64,000 nt of DNA from Candidatus Krumholzibacteriia bacterium (GCA_963848505.1 CAWKEB010000002.1:845840-909839); one strand, 5' to 3'; counted from the stretch's first letter, positions 42,805 to 53,807 are shown. Program-made: numbers and translations. Notes: generated by a model not told the origin, from the letters alone.

Positions 42805-44352
42805 ATGCTCGACCTCGTCATCATCGCCGCCTACTTCGTGGTCATCATGGCCATCGGCATCGCTTCGCGCCTGCGGCCGGGTGCCACCGCAGACGAGTAC
42901 TTCATCGCCAGCCGCAGCCTGCGCTGGCCTTCGATCGCGTTCTCCACCATCGCCACCAACATCCACGCCGGCCACTTCCTGGGCATCGCCGGCAGCGCCT
43001 ACCTCTACGGGCTGGCCCAGGCCAACCTGGAGATCAACGCCGTGTTCGGGCTGCTGCTGGCGGCGTTCGTCTTCGTGCCGCTGTACCTGAAGCAGCGGGT
43101 GGTGACCATCACCCAGTTCTTCGAGGCGAAGTTCGGCCCGCAGGTGGCCATCGCCTACTCGGTGCTGACGATGGTGCTATACGGCTTCCTCTATCTGGGG
43201 ACGGCCCTGTTCTGGGGCGCGTATGCGGTCAACGCGCTGTTTCCGGAGCAGGCCGCGCTGATCCACGCCGACCCGGCCACGCGGGTGATGATCATGATGG
43301 TGGCGCTGGGCGCGTTCTCGGCGGTCTACACCTGGCTGGGCGGGCTGACGGCGGTGGTGCGCACGGACATCGTGCAACTGCTGCTGCTGCTGTGCGGCGG
43401 CAGCGTGCTGACGATGCTGGCGGTGCGCGAGGCCGGGGGCTGGGGCGCGCTGCAGCAGAGCGGCCTGATGCACCTGCACCTGGCGGCGGATCATCCCAAG
43501 CTGCCCTGGACCGCCATCGGCGCCATGCTGCTGCTGAACCTGCACTACTGGGGCTGCAACCAGGTGATCCTGCAGCGGGCGCTGGCCGCGCGCTCGGTGC
43601 GCGACGCCCAGCTGGGCCTGCTGGCGGGCGGCGTGCTGAAGTACCTGACCGCCGTGATCACCACCGTGCCGGCGGTCGCGCTGGCGGTGATCCTGCGCGA
43701 CCGGCCGCTGGCCGACCCCGACCTGGCCTACCCGACGTTGGTGGACCTGCTGCTGCCGGCGGGCCTGCGCGGGCTGGTGCTGTGCGGGCTCTTCGCGTCG
43801 CTGATGAGCACCGTCGATTCGATCTTCAACTCGGTGGCGACCCTGTGGTCGGTCGACATCTACCAGCGGCGGCTGCGGCCGGACGCGGACGATGCGCAGA
43901 TCATCCGCATGGGCCGCCGCGCCATCGTCGTGACCCTGGGCACCGGCCTGGCCTTCGGCTTCTTCCAGGCGCATGTGAAGTTCGGCGACCCGGCCTTCGC
44001 CCTGACCCATTGGTTCAACGACATGAGCTACTACATCAAGGTGGGGTTCGTGATCCTGATCTCGGCGGCGGTGTTCCTGCATGGCGCGCGGCCGCGCCTG
44101 GTGCTGGCGATGATGGTGGCCACGGTCGGCATCAAGCTGCTGCTGGAGCGGCTGCTGCCGACCATGGCCTACTTCAACGTCACGGCGTTGACCATCGTCA
44201 TCGGCTTCATGGTGGTCGCGGGCGAGGCCTGGGCGCGCACCCGGCAGGGCGTGGCTTGGCGAGAGCTGTGGCACGCGGCCGACCGCACCGCCGCCCGCGC
44301 GGGCCTGGCCCTGGCGGCCTCGCTGGTGGCCCTGCAGGTGGTGTTCCACTGA
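42805..44352 (+). CDS. Sodium:solute symporter family transporter, second and distinct paralogue.
   Basis: Seen in sequence: MLDLVIIAAYFVVIMAIGIASRL...EYFIASRSL is the SSS N-terminus, with ~13 TM helices. Confidence 0.8.
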   Translation: MLDLVIIAAYFVVIMAIGIASRLRPGATADEYFIASRSLRWPSIAFSTIATNIHAGHFLGIAGSAYLYGLAQANLEINAVFGLLLAAFVFVPLYLKQRVVTITQFFEAKFGPQVAIAYSVLTMVLYGFLYLGTALFWGAYAVNALFPEQAALIHADPATRVMIMMVALGAFSAVYTWLGGLTAVVRTDIVQLLLLLCGGSVLTMLAVREAGGWGALQQSGLMHLHLAADHPKLPWTAIGAMLLLNLHYWGCNQVILQRALAARSVRDAQLGLLAGGVLKYLTAVITTVPAVALAVILRDRPLADPDLAYPTLVDLLLPAGLRGLVLCGLFASLMSTVDSIFNSVATLWSVDIYQRRLRPDADDAQIIRMGRRAIVVTLGTGLAFGFFQAHVKFGDPAFALTHWFNDMSYYIKVGFVILISAAVFLHGARPRLVLAMMVATVGIKLLLERLLPTMAYFNVTALTIVIGFMVVAGEAWARTRQGVAWRELWHAADRTAARAGLALAASLVALQVVFH

Positions 44353-44358
44353 CGGCGG

Positions 44359-45021
44359 CTATTTGGCCTCGACGTTGCCCATGCCCGCCACGTTGATGGT
44401 CTTCTTTTCGGGGCTGCCCCAGTAGGTGACGTTGCCCACGCCGGTGACCTGCACGTCGATGCTGGCGCTGGCGAACGCCTCGCAGTTGCCGACGCCCGAC
44501 AGCACGATGGCCACGTCCTGGGCCTGGAGCTTGCGCGCGTCGCAGTCTCCGGCCCCGGTCAGGAAGATCTGCAGGTCCTGGACCTTGCCGTCCAGCTTCA
44601 CGTCGCCGGCTCCGCGCAGGTAGAAGATCAGGCTCTTGCCGTCGAGGCCCGTGATGCCGACGTTGCCCGCGCCGTGCAGGGTGAACTCCTCGAGGGCCGC
44701 CGTGGTGATGCGCACCGTGCAATGGTCCGACGGGTTGCAGCTCTTCTTCCAGTCCAGGTCCAGGGTGCCGTCCTTGACCAGGGCTTCCAGATTGTCCCAG
44801 AGGTTGTCATCGACGGTGACCTCGACCTTGGGCGTCTTGCCGATGGCCACCTCGACGTCGAAGGCGCCGCCCAGGACGATCTTGTTGAATGTGCCGAATT
44901 CAAGGGTGCGGGTCTCCAGCTTGCCGGAGCCCTCGATGGGATCGCCGGCCTGGGCGGGAGCGGTCAATGCGATCGCCAGCAGCAGCGTGCAGGCGGCCAG
45001 GGCGTGGTTGCGGAAGGGCAT
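44359..45021 (-). CDS. DUF2807 / putative adhesin (GIN domain, beta-helical) secreted protein.
   Basis: Seen in sequence: signal MPFRNHALAACTLLLAIALTAPAQA, then repetitive beta-strand units (GAGNVGITGLD..., GAGDVKLDG..., GVGNCEAF..., GVGNVTYWG). Confidence 0.55.
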   Translation of the reverse strand: MPFRNHALAACTLLLAIALTAPAQAGDPIEGSGKLETRTLEFGTFNKIVLGGAFDVEVAIGKTPKVEVTVDDNLWDNLEALVKDGTLDLDWKKSCNPSDHCTVRITTAALEEFTLHGAGNVGITGLDGKSLIFYLRGAGDVKLDGKVQDLQIFLTGAGDCDARKLQAQDVAIVLSGVGNCEAFASASIDVQVTGVGNVTYWGSPEKKTINVAGMGNVEAK

Positions 45022-45170
45022 CGTCATCCTCCGGATCGGGTGCATCCTTTGCATCTTGGGGGTGCCGTAGAGACGCTTCCCCCGGGGGAAAGGTTTAACA
45101 CGGAAATGCCGGCCATGCTATGGTCGCCGGGCCGGGCCGCACGGGCGCCGGCGGAAGGACGACTCCCCGC

Positions 45171-46766
45171 ATGACGCGCCCGACGACCTGGATCGCCATC
45201 CTGCTGGTGCTCGGCACCTGGCCGTTGTCCTGGACCGACACGGCCCTGGGCGGCCTCTGGCCGCCGTTGGTGGCCCTGGCGGTGATCGCCGCGTCCCGCC
45301 ACGCCCTGGCCGGTCTGCTGGCCGGCGCCTTCTGCGGCGCGGTGATCCTCGCCGGCGGCGACCCCTGGCAAGCCTACCTGGCCCTGTTCCGCGACCACCT
45401 GGCGCCCAGCCTGGGCAGCAGCTGGAAGACCGGCGCAATCCTCTTCACCCTGGTGCTGGGCGGGTTCGCCGCGGTGCTGGACAAGGGCGGCGGCTTCCGC
45501 ACCCTGCTGGGACGCCTGACCGCCGGCCGCGGCGATGCCGACCGGCGCTTCCAGCTGGCGGCCGCGGGCCTGGGCCTGCTTTGCTTTTTCGACGGCCTGG
45601 CCAACAGCATGATGGTGGGAAGGGTTGGCCGCGACCTGGCCGACCGCTGCGGCGTGGCGCGGGTCAAGCTGGCCTACATCGTCGACTCCACCAGCAGCGC
45701 CGTGGCCTGCGTGGCCCTGGTCTCCACCTGGATCGCCTTTCAGCTGACAATGATCCGCGAAGGCTTCGCGCTGGCCGGGCGCGAGGTGAATCCCTACGCC
45801 GAGTTCCTGTCCTCGCTGCCCTCGAACTTCCATTGCTGGTTCACGCTGGTGCTGCTGTTCGTGTCCATCGGGCGGCGCTTCGATCCGGGTCCCATGGGAG
45901 GTTTCGTGGCCGAGGTGCGGGCCCGGGGGCCGCTCCCTCAGGCGGCTGACGCCAGGCCCGCGCCCGCGGCCTCGGCCCTGGTGCCTCTGGCCGTGCTGCT
46001 CGTGGCGTTCTTCGCCGGCTTCTACCTGCTGGGCACCGACGGCGCGCTGCTGCCGGTGACCAGGGAGAAGATCGTGGGGGCCTTCGGCGGCGACGCCGGC
46101 CCCCTGGTCATGGTGCTGGCCGGCCTGGTCGCCACCCTGGCCGCGACGGTGCTGTTTCCGGTGCCCGGCCCGCGGCGCGCGGCCCTGGCCGGGGCCGCGT
46201 TCCTGGACGGCGCCCGCACCATGCTCGGCCCGGTGGTGATCCTGGTGGCGGCCTGGATGCTGGGCAGCGTGCTGGCCGCCCTGGGCACGGCCGAGTCCAT
46301 CACCAGGGCGGCGGCGGCGCTGGACGCCGCGCCGGTGCTGCCCCTGGTCATCTTCGTGACCGGCGCGGTGGTCTCCTTCGCCACGGGCACCTCGTGGGGC
46401 ACCATGGGCATCCTCTTTCCCCTGGCCATCCCGGCGGCGGCCGGGGCCGTGGCCCACCTCGATCCGGCCGCCCAGGCCTCGTTCCTGCATGTGACCGTGG
46501 CCGCGGTCTTCAGCGGGGCCGTGTTCGGCGACCACTGCTCGCCCTTCAGCGACACCACCATCGTCTCGTCCATCTCCTGCGGGGTCGAGCCCCACGACCA
46601 CGTGCGCACCCAGATCCCGTACGCCCTGATCGCCGCGGCGGTGGCGGCGCTGGTGGGGTTCCTGCCGGCCGGATTCGGGGTGCCGGCCTGGGTGTCGCTG
46701 GTGGCCGGGACGGGGATCCTGGTGTCGCTGCCGACGGTCCTACGGCGGCTGGGCTGGACCGGCTGA
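45171..46766 (+). CDS. Na+/H+ antiporter NhaC-family membrane transporter.
   Basis: Seen in sequence: ~530 aa polytopic membrane protein with NhaC-like segments (FDGLANSMMVGRVGRDLADRCGVARVKLAYIVDSTSSAVACV). RBS ggaagga. Confidence 0.6.
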   Translation: MTRPTTWIAILLVLGTWPLSWTDTALGGLWPPLVALAVIAASRHALAGLLAGAFCGAVILAGGDPWQAYLALFRDHLAPSLGSSWKTGAILFTLVLGGFAAVLDKGGGFRTLLGRLTAGRGDADRRFQLAAAGLGLLCFFDGLANSMMVGRVGRDLADRCGVARVKLAYIVDSTSSAVACVALVSTWIAFQLTMIREGFALAGREVNPYAEFLSSLPSNFHCWFTLVLLFVSIGRRFDPGPMGGFVAEVRARGPLPQAADARPAPAASALVPLAVLLVAFFAGFYLLGTDGALLPVTREKIVGAFGGDAGPLVMVLAGLVATLAATVLFPVPGPRRAALAGAAFLDGARTMLGPVVILVAAWMLGSVLAALGTAESITRAAAALDAAPVLPLVIFVTGAVVSFATGTSWGTMGILFPLAIPAAAGAVAHLDPAAQASFLHVTVAAVFSGAVFGDHCSPFSDTTIVSSISCGVEPHDHVRTQIPYALIAAAVAALVGFLPAGFGVPAWVSLVAGTGILVSLPTVLRRLGWTG

Positions 46767-46867
46767 AGGCCTGGAAATCATACGATACAACAAATAGCCG
46801 CGGTCCCCAGCAACTCCTAGCATTCCACTAATATATTTGTCTATAGTATCTTACAGGCTTCGAATTC

Positions 46868-46885
46868 CTGTCAAAAAATTAACAA
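46868..46885 (+). promoter_or_regulatory. Candidate Rex operator CTGTCAA-AAAA-TTAACAA (2 mismatches to the TTGTTAA-N4-TTAACAA palindrome) in an AT-rich island just upstream of rex.
   Basis: Seen in sequence, combined with established knowledge of the Rex box consensus. Confidence 0.3.
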
Positions 46886-46892
46886 TAATTCC

Positions 46893-46921
46893 TTGACCCG
46901 GCTCCGGCAGCGCCGATATTT
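46893..46921 (+). promoter_or_regulatory. Sigma70-like promoter candidate: TTGACC, 16-17 bp spacer, GATATT (-10), ~60 nt upstream of rex.
   Basis: Seen in sequence. Confidence 0.3.
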
Positions 46922-46982
46922 GAGCCCGGATCCATGATGTGATCTTTTTAACGGCGCTTGCGGGCAAACGGAGGCGGGAACC

Positions 46983-47636
46983 ATGGCAAGGAACGCAGTG
47001 CTGCGGCCGCTGACGCCCAGGGCGGTGGGTCGATTGGGTGCCTATCGGCGGGTGTTGGCGGGGCTGGCCGGGCGGGGGATTGCGGCCACCCACTCGCGCG
47101 ACATCGCCGAGCAGACCGGCCTGACCTCGTCACTGGTGCGCCAGGACCTGATGCGGGTCGGCTACCGCGGCAACCCCCAGCACGGTTACGACGTGCAGCG
47201 CCTCGAGGCCGCCATCGCCGAGGCCCTCGGCGCCGAACGGCAGGTGCGGGCCGTGCTGCTGGGGGTGGGCAACCTGGGCCGGGCCATCCTGCAGTACTTC
47301 CGCACGGCCCACCCGGGCCTGGACATGGTGGCGGCGTTCGAGACGGACGTCGACCTGGTGGCCCAGCGCTGCCAGGGCGTGCCGGTGCGGCACCTGGTCG
47401 ATCTCGAATCCATCGTCAAAGAGGAGGGTGTGCGCATCGCCATCCTGGCCATGCCCGCACGCGAGGCGCAGGCGGTGGCCGATCGGCTCGTGGCCGTGGG
47501 CGTGCGCAGCCTGCTGAACTTCACCTCGGGCACGCTGCGGGTGCCGGCCGGCACCTACGTGGAGAACCATGACCTCGGACTTGCCCTGGAGCGGGTCGCC
47601 TACTTCGCCGGCCGGCAGGTGGAGGTCCTCGCATGA
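46983..47636 (+). CDS. rex: Redox-sensing transcriptional repressor Rex.
   Basis: Seen in sequence: N-terminal winged helix (HSRDIAEQTGLTSSLVRQDL) plus a Rossmann NADH-binding domain (LLGVGNLGRAIL). The stop overlaps the hndA start (ATGA). Confidence 0.9.
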   Translation: MARNAVLRPLTPRAVGRLGAYRRVLAGLAGRGIAATHSRDIAEQTGLTSSLVRQDLMRVGYRGNPQHGYDVQRLEAAIAEALGAERQVRAVLLGVGNLGRAILQYFRTAHPGLDMVAAFETDVDLVAQRCQGVPVRHLVDLESIVKEEGVRIAILAMPAREAQAVADRLVAVGVRSLLNFTSGTLRVPAGTYVENHDLGLALERVAYFAGRQVEVLA

Positions 47637-48114
47637 ACGGCCGGCCCAGCACCGTGGCCGAGATCCTGGCGGCCCACCCCGACAGCAGCCGCGAGCACCT
47701 GATCCCCCTGCTGCAGGAGGTGCAGGAAGTCCAGGGCTACGTGTCGCGCGAGGCAGTGGCGCTGCTGGGTGCCCACCTGGGCCTGCCCGCGAGCCGTGTC
47801 TACGGCGTGGCCACCTTCTACAACCAGTTCCGCTTCCAGCCCCTGGGCCGCTACCACGTGCAGGTCTGCCGCGGCACCGCCTGCCACGTCAAGGGGAGCC
47901 AGGGCGTGTTCGCCGCCATCAAGCGCTACCTGCAGGTCGAGGCCGGGCAGACCACGCGCGACGGCGTGTTCAGCCTCGAGGTCGTGGCCTGCCTCGGCGC
48001 CTGCGGCCTGGCGCCGCTGATCTGCGTCAACGGCGAGTTCCATGGCGGCGATCGACAGCGATGCGGCCGTCAGGATCCTGCGCCGCTGCCGGCGAGGAGG
48101 CCGAGACCGCATGA
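47633..48114 (+). pseudogene. HndA / NuoE-like 24-kDa [2Fe-2S] subunit of a NAD(P)-linked [FeFe]-hydrogenase. About two frameshifts near the 3' end.
   Basis: Seen in sequence: NuoE signature ...HVQVCRGTACHVKGSQ...ACLGACGLAPLICVNGEFHG. The frame then hops 2->0->1 before the stop at 48114 (ATGA overlap with the next gene). Confidence 0.6.
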
Positions 48115-50030
48115 ACACCCGGCGACGCATACCCGCCGAACTGGACGCCAGTCGCGCGAGCCGAACTGCGCCGCGAGGTGGTCACCCGTCCGGTGATCCT
48201 CGATCGGCACCGGCACCTGCGGCCTGGGCGCCGGCGCCGCCGCCGTGCTCGAGGCGGTGCGCGGCTTCCCGGTGGTCCAGCGCCACGGGGCCGGGATCGT
48301 CGAGGTCGGCTGCATCGGCCTGTGCGCCAGCGAGCCCATGCTCGACGTGCAGCTGCCGGGCCGGACGCGCCTGTGCTTCGGGCGGGTGGACCGGAGAAGG
48401 CCCGCACCATCCTGGACGCCATGCTGGGCCAGGCGGGCCTGGCCCGAGCTGCCCCTGTTCCAGTTCCCGGTCCCGGGGCTGCAGTCGTGGGAGGGCGTGC
48501 CCACCATCGGCGAGCACCCGTTCTTCGCCCCGCAGACCGCGCTGGGTGCTGCGCAACTGCGGCCTGATCGACCCGCGCAGCCTGGACGAGTACCTGGCCC
48601 GCGGCGGCTACCGCCAGTGGCTGCGGGTGCTGCGGGAGCGTGTCCCCGGCCGAGCGTCTGCGACTTGGTCGAGCGCAGCGGCCTGCGCGGCCGCGGCGGC
48701 GGCGGCTTCCCCACCGGCCGCAAGTGGCGCTTCGCCCAGCAGACGCCTGCCGAGCGCAAGTACCTGATCTGCAACGCCGACGAGGGCGACCCGGGCGCAT
48801 TCATGGACCGCGCCGTGATCGAGGGCGACCCGCACCGCCTGCTCGAGGGCATGGCCATCGCCGCCTACGCCATCGGCGCGACCAAGGCCTACGTCTACAT
48901 CCGCGCCGAGTACCCGCTGGCGATCCGCCGCCTGACGCGGGGCCATCGCCCAGGCCAGGGACTGCGGGCTGCTGGGCCGGCGACATCCTCGGACAGCGGC
49001 TTCGATCTCGACGATCGTCATCAAGAAGGGCGCCGGCGCCTTCGTCTGCGGCGAGGAGACCGCGCTGATCCACCGCATCGAGGGCCGGCGCGGCATGCCG
49101 CGGCCGCGGCCGCCGTTCCCCGCGGTCAGCGGCCTGTTCGGCAAGCCGCACGGTGATCAACAACGTCGAGACCCTGGCCAACCTGCCCGAACATCCTCGC
49201 GCATCGGCGCCGAGGCTTCGCCGCCCTGGGCACCGCCGGCAGCAAGGGCACCAAGGTCTTCGCCCTGTCGGGCAAGGTCGCGCGCACCGGCCTGGTCGAG
49301 GTGGCGATGGGCACCTCCCTGCGCGCAGATCGTCTTCGCCATCGGCGGCGGCATCCCCGGCGGCCGGACGTTCAAGGCCGTGCAGATCGGCGGTCCCTGC
49401 GGCGGCTGCATCCCGGCCAGCCACCTCGACATCCCGGTCGACTACGAGTCGCTCAAGACGCGTGGGCGCCATGATGGGCTCGGGCGGCCTGGTGGTCATG
49501 GACGAGGACAACTGCATGGTCGACGTGGCCAAGTTCTTCATGGACTTCATCCAGCGCGAGAGCTGCGGCAAGTGCATCCCCTGCCGCGAGGGCACGCGCC
49601 ACATGCTGGAGATCCTGCAGGCGATCACCCGCCATCCGCGCAGCGAGCACGACCACAGGCGCTGGAGCGCTTCCAGGGCGTGGTGAACCTGGAGGACCTG
49701 GCCGACGTGATCAAGGACACCCGCCTCTGCGGCCTGGGCAGACCGCGCCCAACCCGGTGCTCAGCACGCTGCGCTGGTTCCGCGACGAGTACGAGGCGCA
49801 CATCTTCGAGCGCCGCTGCCCGGCCGGCGTCTGCACCGAGCTGCTGAGCTACCGCATCGACGCGGCCAAGTGCAACGGCTGCGGTCGCTGCCTGCGCGAG
49901 TGCCCGGCCGACGCCATCGCCGGCGCGCCGCGGCAGCCGCACTACATCGTCCAGGAGCAAGTGCATCGCCTGCGGCACCTGCCTCGACGCCTGCAAGCCT
50001 CGACGCCGTGCTCGTCAGCTGAGGAGACGA
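48111..50030 (+). pseudogene. HndC / NuoF-like 51-kDa flavoprotein subunit (thioredoxin-like [2Fe-2S] N-terminus, NADH/FMN-binding core, C-terminal ferredoxin domains). Broken by more than 12 frameshifts.
   Basis: Seen in sequence: pieces in alternating frames (IGTGTCGLGAGAAAVLEAV; GGGFPTGRKWRFA...KYLICNADEGDPGAFMDR; [20 protein letters not shown]; [12 protein letters not shown]; [13 protein letters not shown]; [23 protein letters not shown]). All motifs are intact but are spread over three frames. Confidence 0.6.
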
Positions 50031-50051
50031 CCATGCCGACGATCGAAGTCA

Positions 50052-51780
50052 ACGGAACCGACGATCGACGCCCGCCAGGGCGAGACCCTGCTGGAGGCGC
50101 TGCGCCGGGCCGGCATCCAGGTGCCCACCCTGTGCCACTTCGAGGGTCTGCCCCCGACCGGCGCCTGCCGCCTGTGCGTGGTGGAGGTGGCGGGCCAGCG
50201 CGGCCTGGTGCCGAGCTGCTCGTACCCGGTCAGCGACGGGATGAAGGTGCAGACCCACTCGCCCGGGCCGTGCGGGCGCGCAAGACCATCGTCGAGCTGC
50301 TGCTGGCCAACCACCCCGACGACTGCCTCTACTGCGTCCGCCACGGCAACTGCGAGCCTGCAGGACCTGGCCGAGGAGCTGGGCGTGCGCTCGCGCCGGC
50401 TGCCGGGCACGCAAGCCGGCACCTGCGGCGGGACATCTCCAGCCCGGCCATCGTGCGCGATCCCGCCAAGTGCATCCTCTGCGGCGCTGCGTGCGGGTCT
50501 GCGAGGAGGTGCAGGGGGTCGGCGGCCATCGACTTCATCGGCCGCGGCAGCGGCGCGCGGGTCGGCACGGCCTTCGGCGAGGGCCTGAACGTCTCGAGCT
50601 GCGTCAACTGCGGCCAGTGCATCATGGTCTGCCCCACCGGGGCGCTGACCGAGCAGCTCGCACCTGGAGCAGGTCGAGGCCGCCCTGCGCGATCCGCGCT
50701 GACGGTCGGTGGTGCAGCACGCGCCGGCGGTCTCGGTCAGCCTGGCCGAGGAGTTCGGCCTGAAGCCGGGCCGGGACGTGGACGGCGCCGCTGAACGCGC
50801 CGCTGCGCCGCCTGGGCTTCGACCAGGGTCTTCGACACCTCGTTCACCGCCGACCTGACGATCATGGAGGAGGCCACCGAGCTGGTGCAGCGGCTGCGGG
50901 GCGGCGGCCCGCTGCCCATGTTCACCAGCTGCTCGCCCGGCTGGGTCAAGTTCGTCGAGACAGTTCTACCCCGAGCTCATCCCCAACCTGTCGACCTGCA
51001 AGAGCCCGCAGCAGATGCTGGGCGCCGTGGTCAAGACCCACTTCGCGGCGCGGCGCGGGCCTCGACCCGGCGCGGATCTTCAGCGTGGCGATCATGCCCT
51101 GCACCGCCAAGAAGTTCGAGGCCGGCCGCCCGGAGATGCTCGCAGCGGCAAGCTGCCGGACGTCGACGCGGTGCTGACCACGCGCGAGCTGGCCCGAGCT
51201 GATCCGCCGGCACGGGCTGCGACCTGGCGCGACCATCGAACCCGAGCCGGCGGACATGCCCTTCGGCGAGCGCTCGCGGCGCGGGCAAGCTCTTCGGCGC
51301 CACCGGCGGCGTGATGGAGGCGGCCCTCCGCACGGCCCACTACCTGGTCACCGGCCGCGAGCTGGCCGACCTCAAGGTCGCGGCGGTGCGCGGGCTCGAC
51401 GGGGTCAAGGAGGCCCGGGTGCAGATCGGCGACCTCGAGCTGGGCGTGGCCGTGGTCAGCGGCCTGGGCAACGCCCGCCGCCTGCTGGAGGAGATCGCGC
51501 GCCGGGCGCCGCGACCTGCACTTCATCGAGGTCATGACCTGCCCCGGCGGCTGCGTCAACGGCGGCGGCCAGCCCATCGGCGTCGACGCGCGCGGCGGTG
51601 CGCGCCCGCATGCAGGCGCTGCTACGCATCGACGCGGCCGAGACCGTGCGCACCGCCCACGGCAACCCGGCGGTGCACCAGCTCTACGCCGAGTTCCTGG
51701 GCGAACCCCTGGGCGAGCGCAGCCACGAGCTGCTGCACACGCACTATGACCCGCGCGAAGGTGCTGAGGTGAGGCCATGA
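50052..51780 (+). pseudogene. hydA: [FeFe]-hydrogenase catalytic subunit HydA/HndD (NuoG-like [2Fe-2S] N-terminus, ferredoxin domains, H-cluster domain). Densely frameshifted.
   Basis: Seen in sequence: MPTIEVNG..., [36 protein letters not shown]-cluster motifs TSCSPGW (L1), MPCTAKKFEA (L2), MTCPGGCVNGGGQP (L3). C-terminal ...LLHTHYDPREG. These lie across all three frames. Confidence 0.65.
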
Positions 51781-53797
51781 ACACCGACACCGCCCTGGTC
51801 TGCGACCATCGGCGAGCGCTGCCGCGTCTGCTACACCTGCGTGCGCGAGTGCCCGGCCAAGGCCATCCGCATCGCGGACGGCCAGGCCGAGGTCATCCCC
51901 GAGCGCTGCATCGGCTGCGGCAACTGCGTGCGCGTGTGCAGCCAGGACGCCAAGCAGGTGCTCGGCTCGCTCGACGCGGCGGCGGCCCTGCTGGCCGGGA
52001 CGGCGCCGGTGGCGGCGGCCGTCGCGCCCTAGCTTCCCGGCCGAGTTCATCGACCTGGCGCCGGAGCAGGTGGTGGGGGCGCTGCGCGCGCTGGGCTTCG
52101 CGCTGGTGCACGAGGTCGGCTTCGGCGCCGACCTGGTGGCCCGGGCCACGCGCCGGCTGCTGGACGCCGATCCCGGCGGCCAGCTGCATCGCACCACGTG
52201 CCCGGCCATCGTGACCTACGTCGAGCAGTTCCAGCCCGGCGCTGGTGGGCAGCCTGCTGCCGATCGTCTCGCCGATGGTGGCCGACGGCCCGCGCACTGC
52301 GCGCAGCTGCACGGCGCGGACCTGAAGGTCGTCTTCATCGGACCCTGCATCGCCAAGAAGGGCGAGGCGGCCGCGACCAGCGGCGCCGGCGAGATCGACG
52401 CCGTGCTGACCTTCGCCGAGCTGCGCGAGCTGCTGGCCAGGGGCGGGATCGATCCGCGGACCGTCGCGCCGGCCGGAGTTCGACCCGCCGCGGGCCGGCC
52501 TGGGCGCGGTCTTTCCGCTTTCGCCGGGGCCTGGTCCAGGCCGCCGGCATGGACGAGGACCTGACCAGCACCGCGGGTCGTCACCGCCGACGGACGCCAG
52601 GATTTTCCCCGAGGCCCTGCGAGGGATTCGCGGCCGGCGACCTCGAGGCCCACCTGCTGGACGTGCTCTGCTGCAACGGCTGCATCATGGGCGCGGGCAT
52701 GACCACCCGCGAGCCCCTGTTCCGCCGGCGCGCCGCGGTCAGCCGCTACGCCGCCAGCGGCGGGCCGAGGGCGACCCGCAGCCCTGGCACGAAGCCATGG
52801 CCCGGCTGGAGGGCCTCGACCTGGCGCGGAGCTTCGCGGCCCGCGACACGCGCATGCCGGTGCCCGGCGAGGACGACATCCGCGCGATCCTGGCCCGCAT
52901 GGGCAAGCGCACGCCGGCCGACGAGCTGAACTGCGGCGCCTGCGGCTACGACACCTGCCGCGAGCACGCCGTGGCCATCTTCGACGGGCATGGCCGAGAG
53001 CGAGATGTGCCTGCCCTACACGATCGAGCAGCTGCGGGCCACGGTCGACGGAGCTGCACGATCTCGCACGCGGAGCTGGCCACGCACCCAGGACGCGCTG
53101 ATGCACAGCGAGACGGCTGGCCAGCATGGGCCAGCTGGCCGCCGGCATCGCCCACGAGGTGAACAACCCGCTGGGCGTGGTCCTGCTCTACGCCCACCTG
53201 CTGCAGGACGAGTGCCGCGGCGACGAGCAGCTGCGGGCCGAGCTGGCCCTGATCGTCGAGCAGGCGGACCGCTGCAAGGGCATCGTCGGCGGCCTGCTGG
53301 ACTTCGCGCGCCAGAACAAGGTGGAGCTGAAACCCGTGGCCCTGGCCGATCTGGTCGAGCGCAGCCTGCAGGGCTGCGTCCTGCCCGACGGCGTGGCGGT
53401 GGCGGCGGAGCACGCCGATCCCGCGCTGTCGGCCGAGCTGGACTCGGGACAGATCGGCCAGGTGCTGGCCAACCTGCTGAGCAACGCCGCGGCGGCCATG
53501 CCCGCCGGCGGCACCATCGTCGTCAGGACCGGATCCGCGGCCGGCGACCGCGTCTGCCTGCAGGTGGTCGACACCGGCAGCGGCATCCCCGAGGCCATCC
53601 GCGCCAGGGTCTTCGAGCCCTTCTTCACCACCAAGGGCCGCGGCACGGGCACCGGTCTGGGCCTGGCCGTCAGCTACGGCATCGTCAAGATGCACCGGGG
53701 CGACCTGGTCTTCACCAGCAACGACGACCCGGCGGCCGGTCCGACCGGGACGACCTTCACCATCACGCTTCCGCGCCACCGCTGGCCGGGGCAGTGA
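51777..53797 (+). pseudogene. HydS-like putative sensory [FeFe]-hydrogenase fused to a histidine kinase: 2x[4Fe-4S] ferredoxin, a degenerate H-cluster domain, a C-terminal Cys cluster, a HisKA domain and an HATPase_c domain. The first ~1.35 kb carry about 10 frameshifts; the kinase part (53126-53797) is in one clean frame.
   Basis: Seen in sequence: CPAKAIRIADGQAEVIPERCIGCGNCVRVCSQ; H-domain-like LVHEVGFGADLVA...TTCPAIV...FIGPCIAKKGE...LDVLCCNGCIMGAG; CGACGYDTCREHA; H-box IAHEVNNPL; G-boxes GTGLGLAVS. Confidence 0.6.
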
Positions 53798-53807
53798 GGA
53801 GAATCGC

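Noticed and set aside
47950-53130. Considered programmed ribosomal frameshifting or a mobile-element insertion as the cause of the hydrogenase frameshifts.
   Set aside because: There are dozens of independent shifts in both directions, no slippery heptamers or pseudoknots, and no inserted foreign sequence. Only indel errors or genuine pseudogenisation fit.
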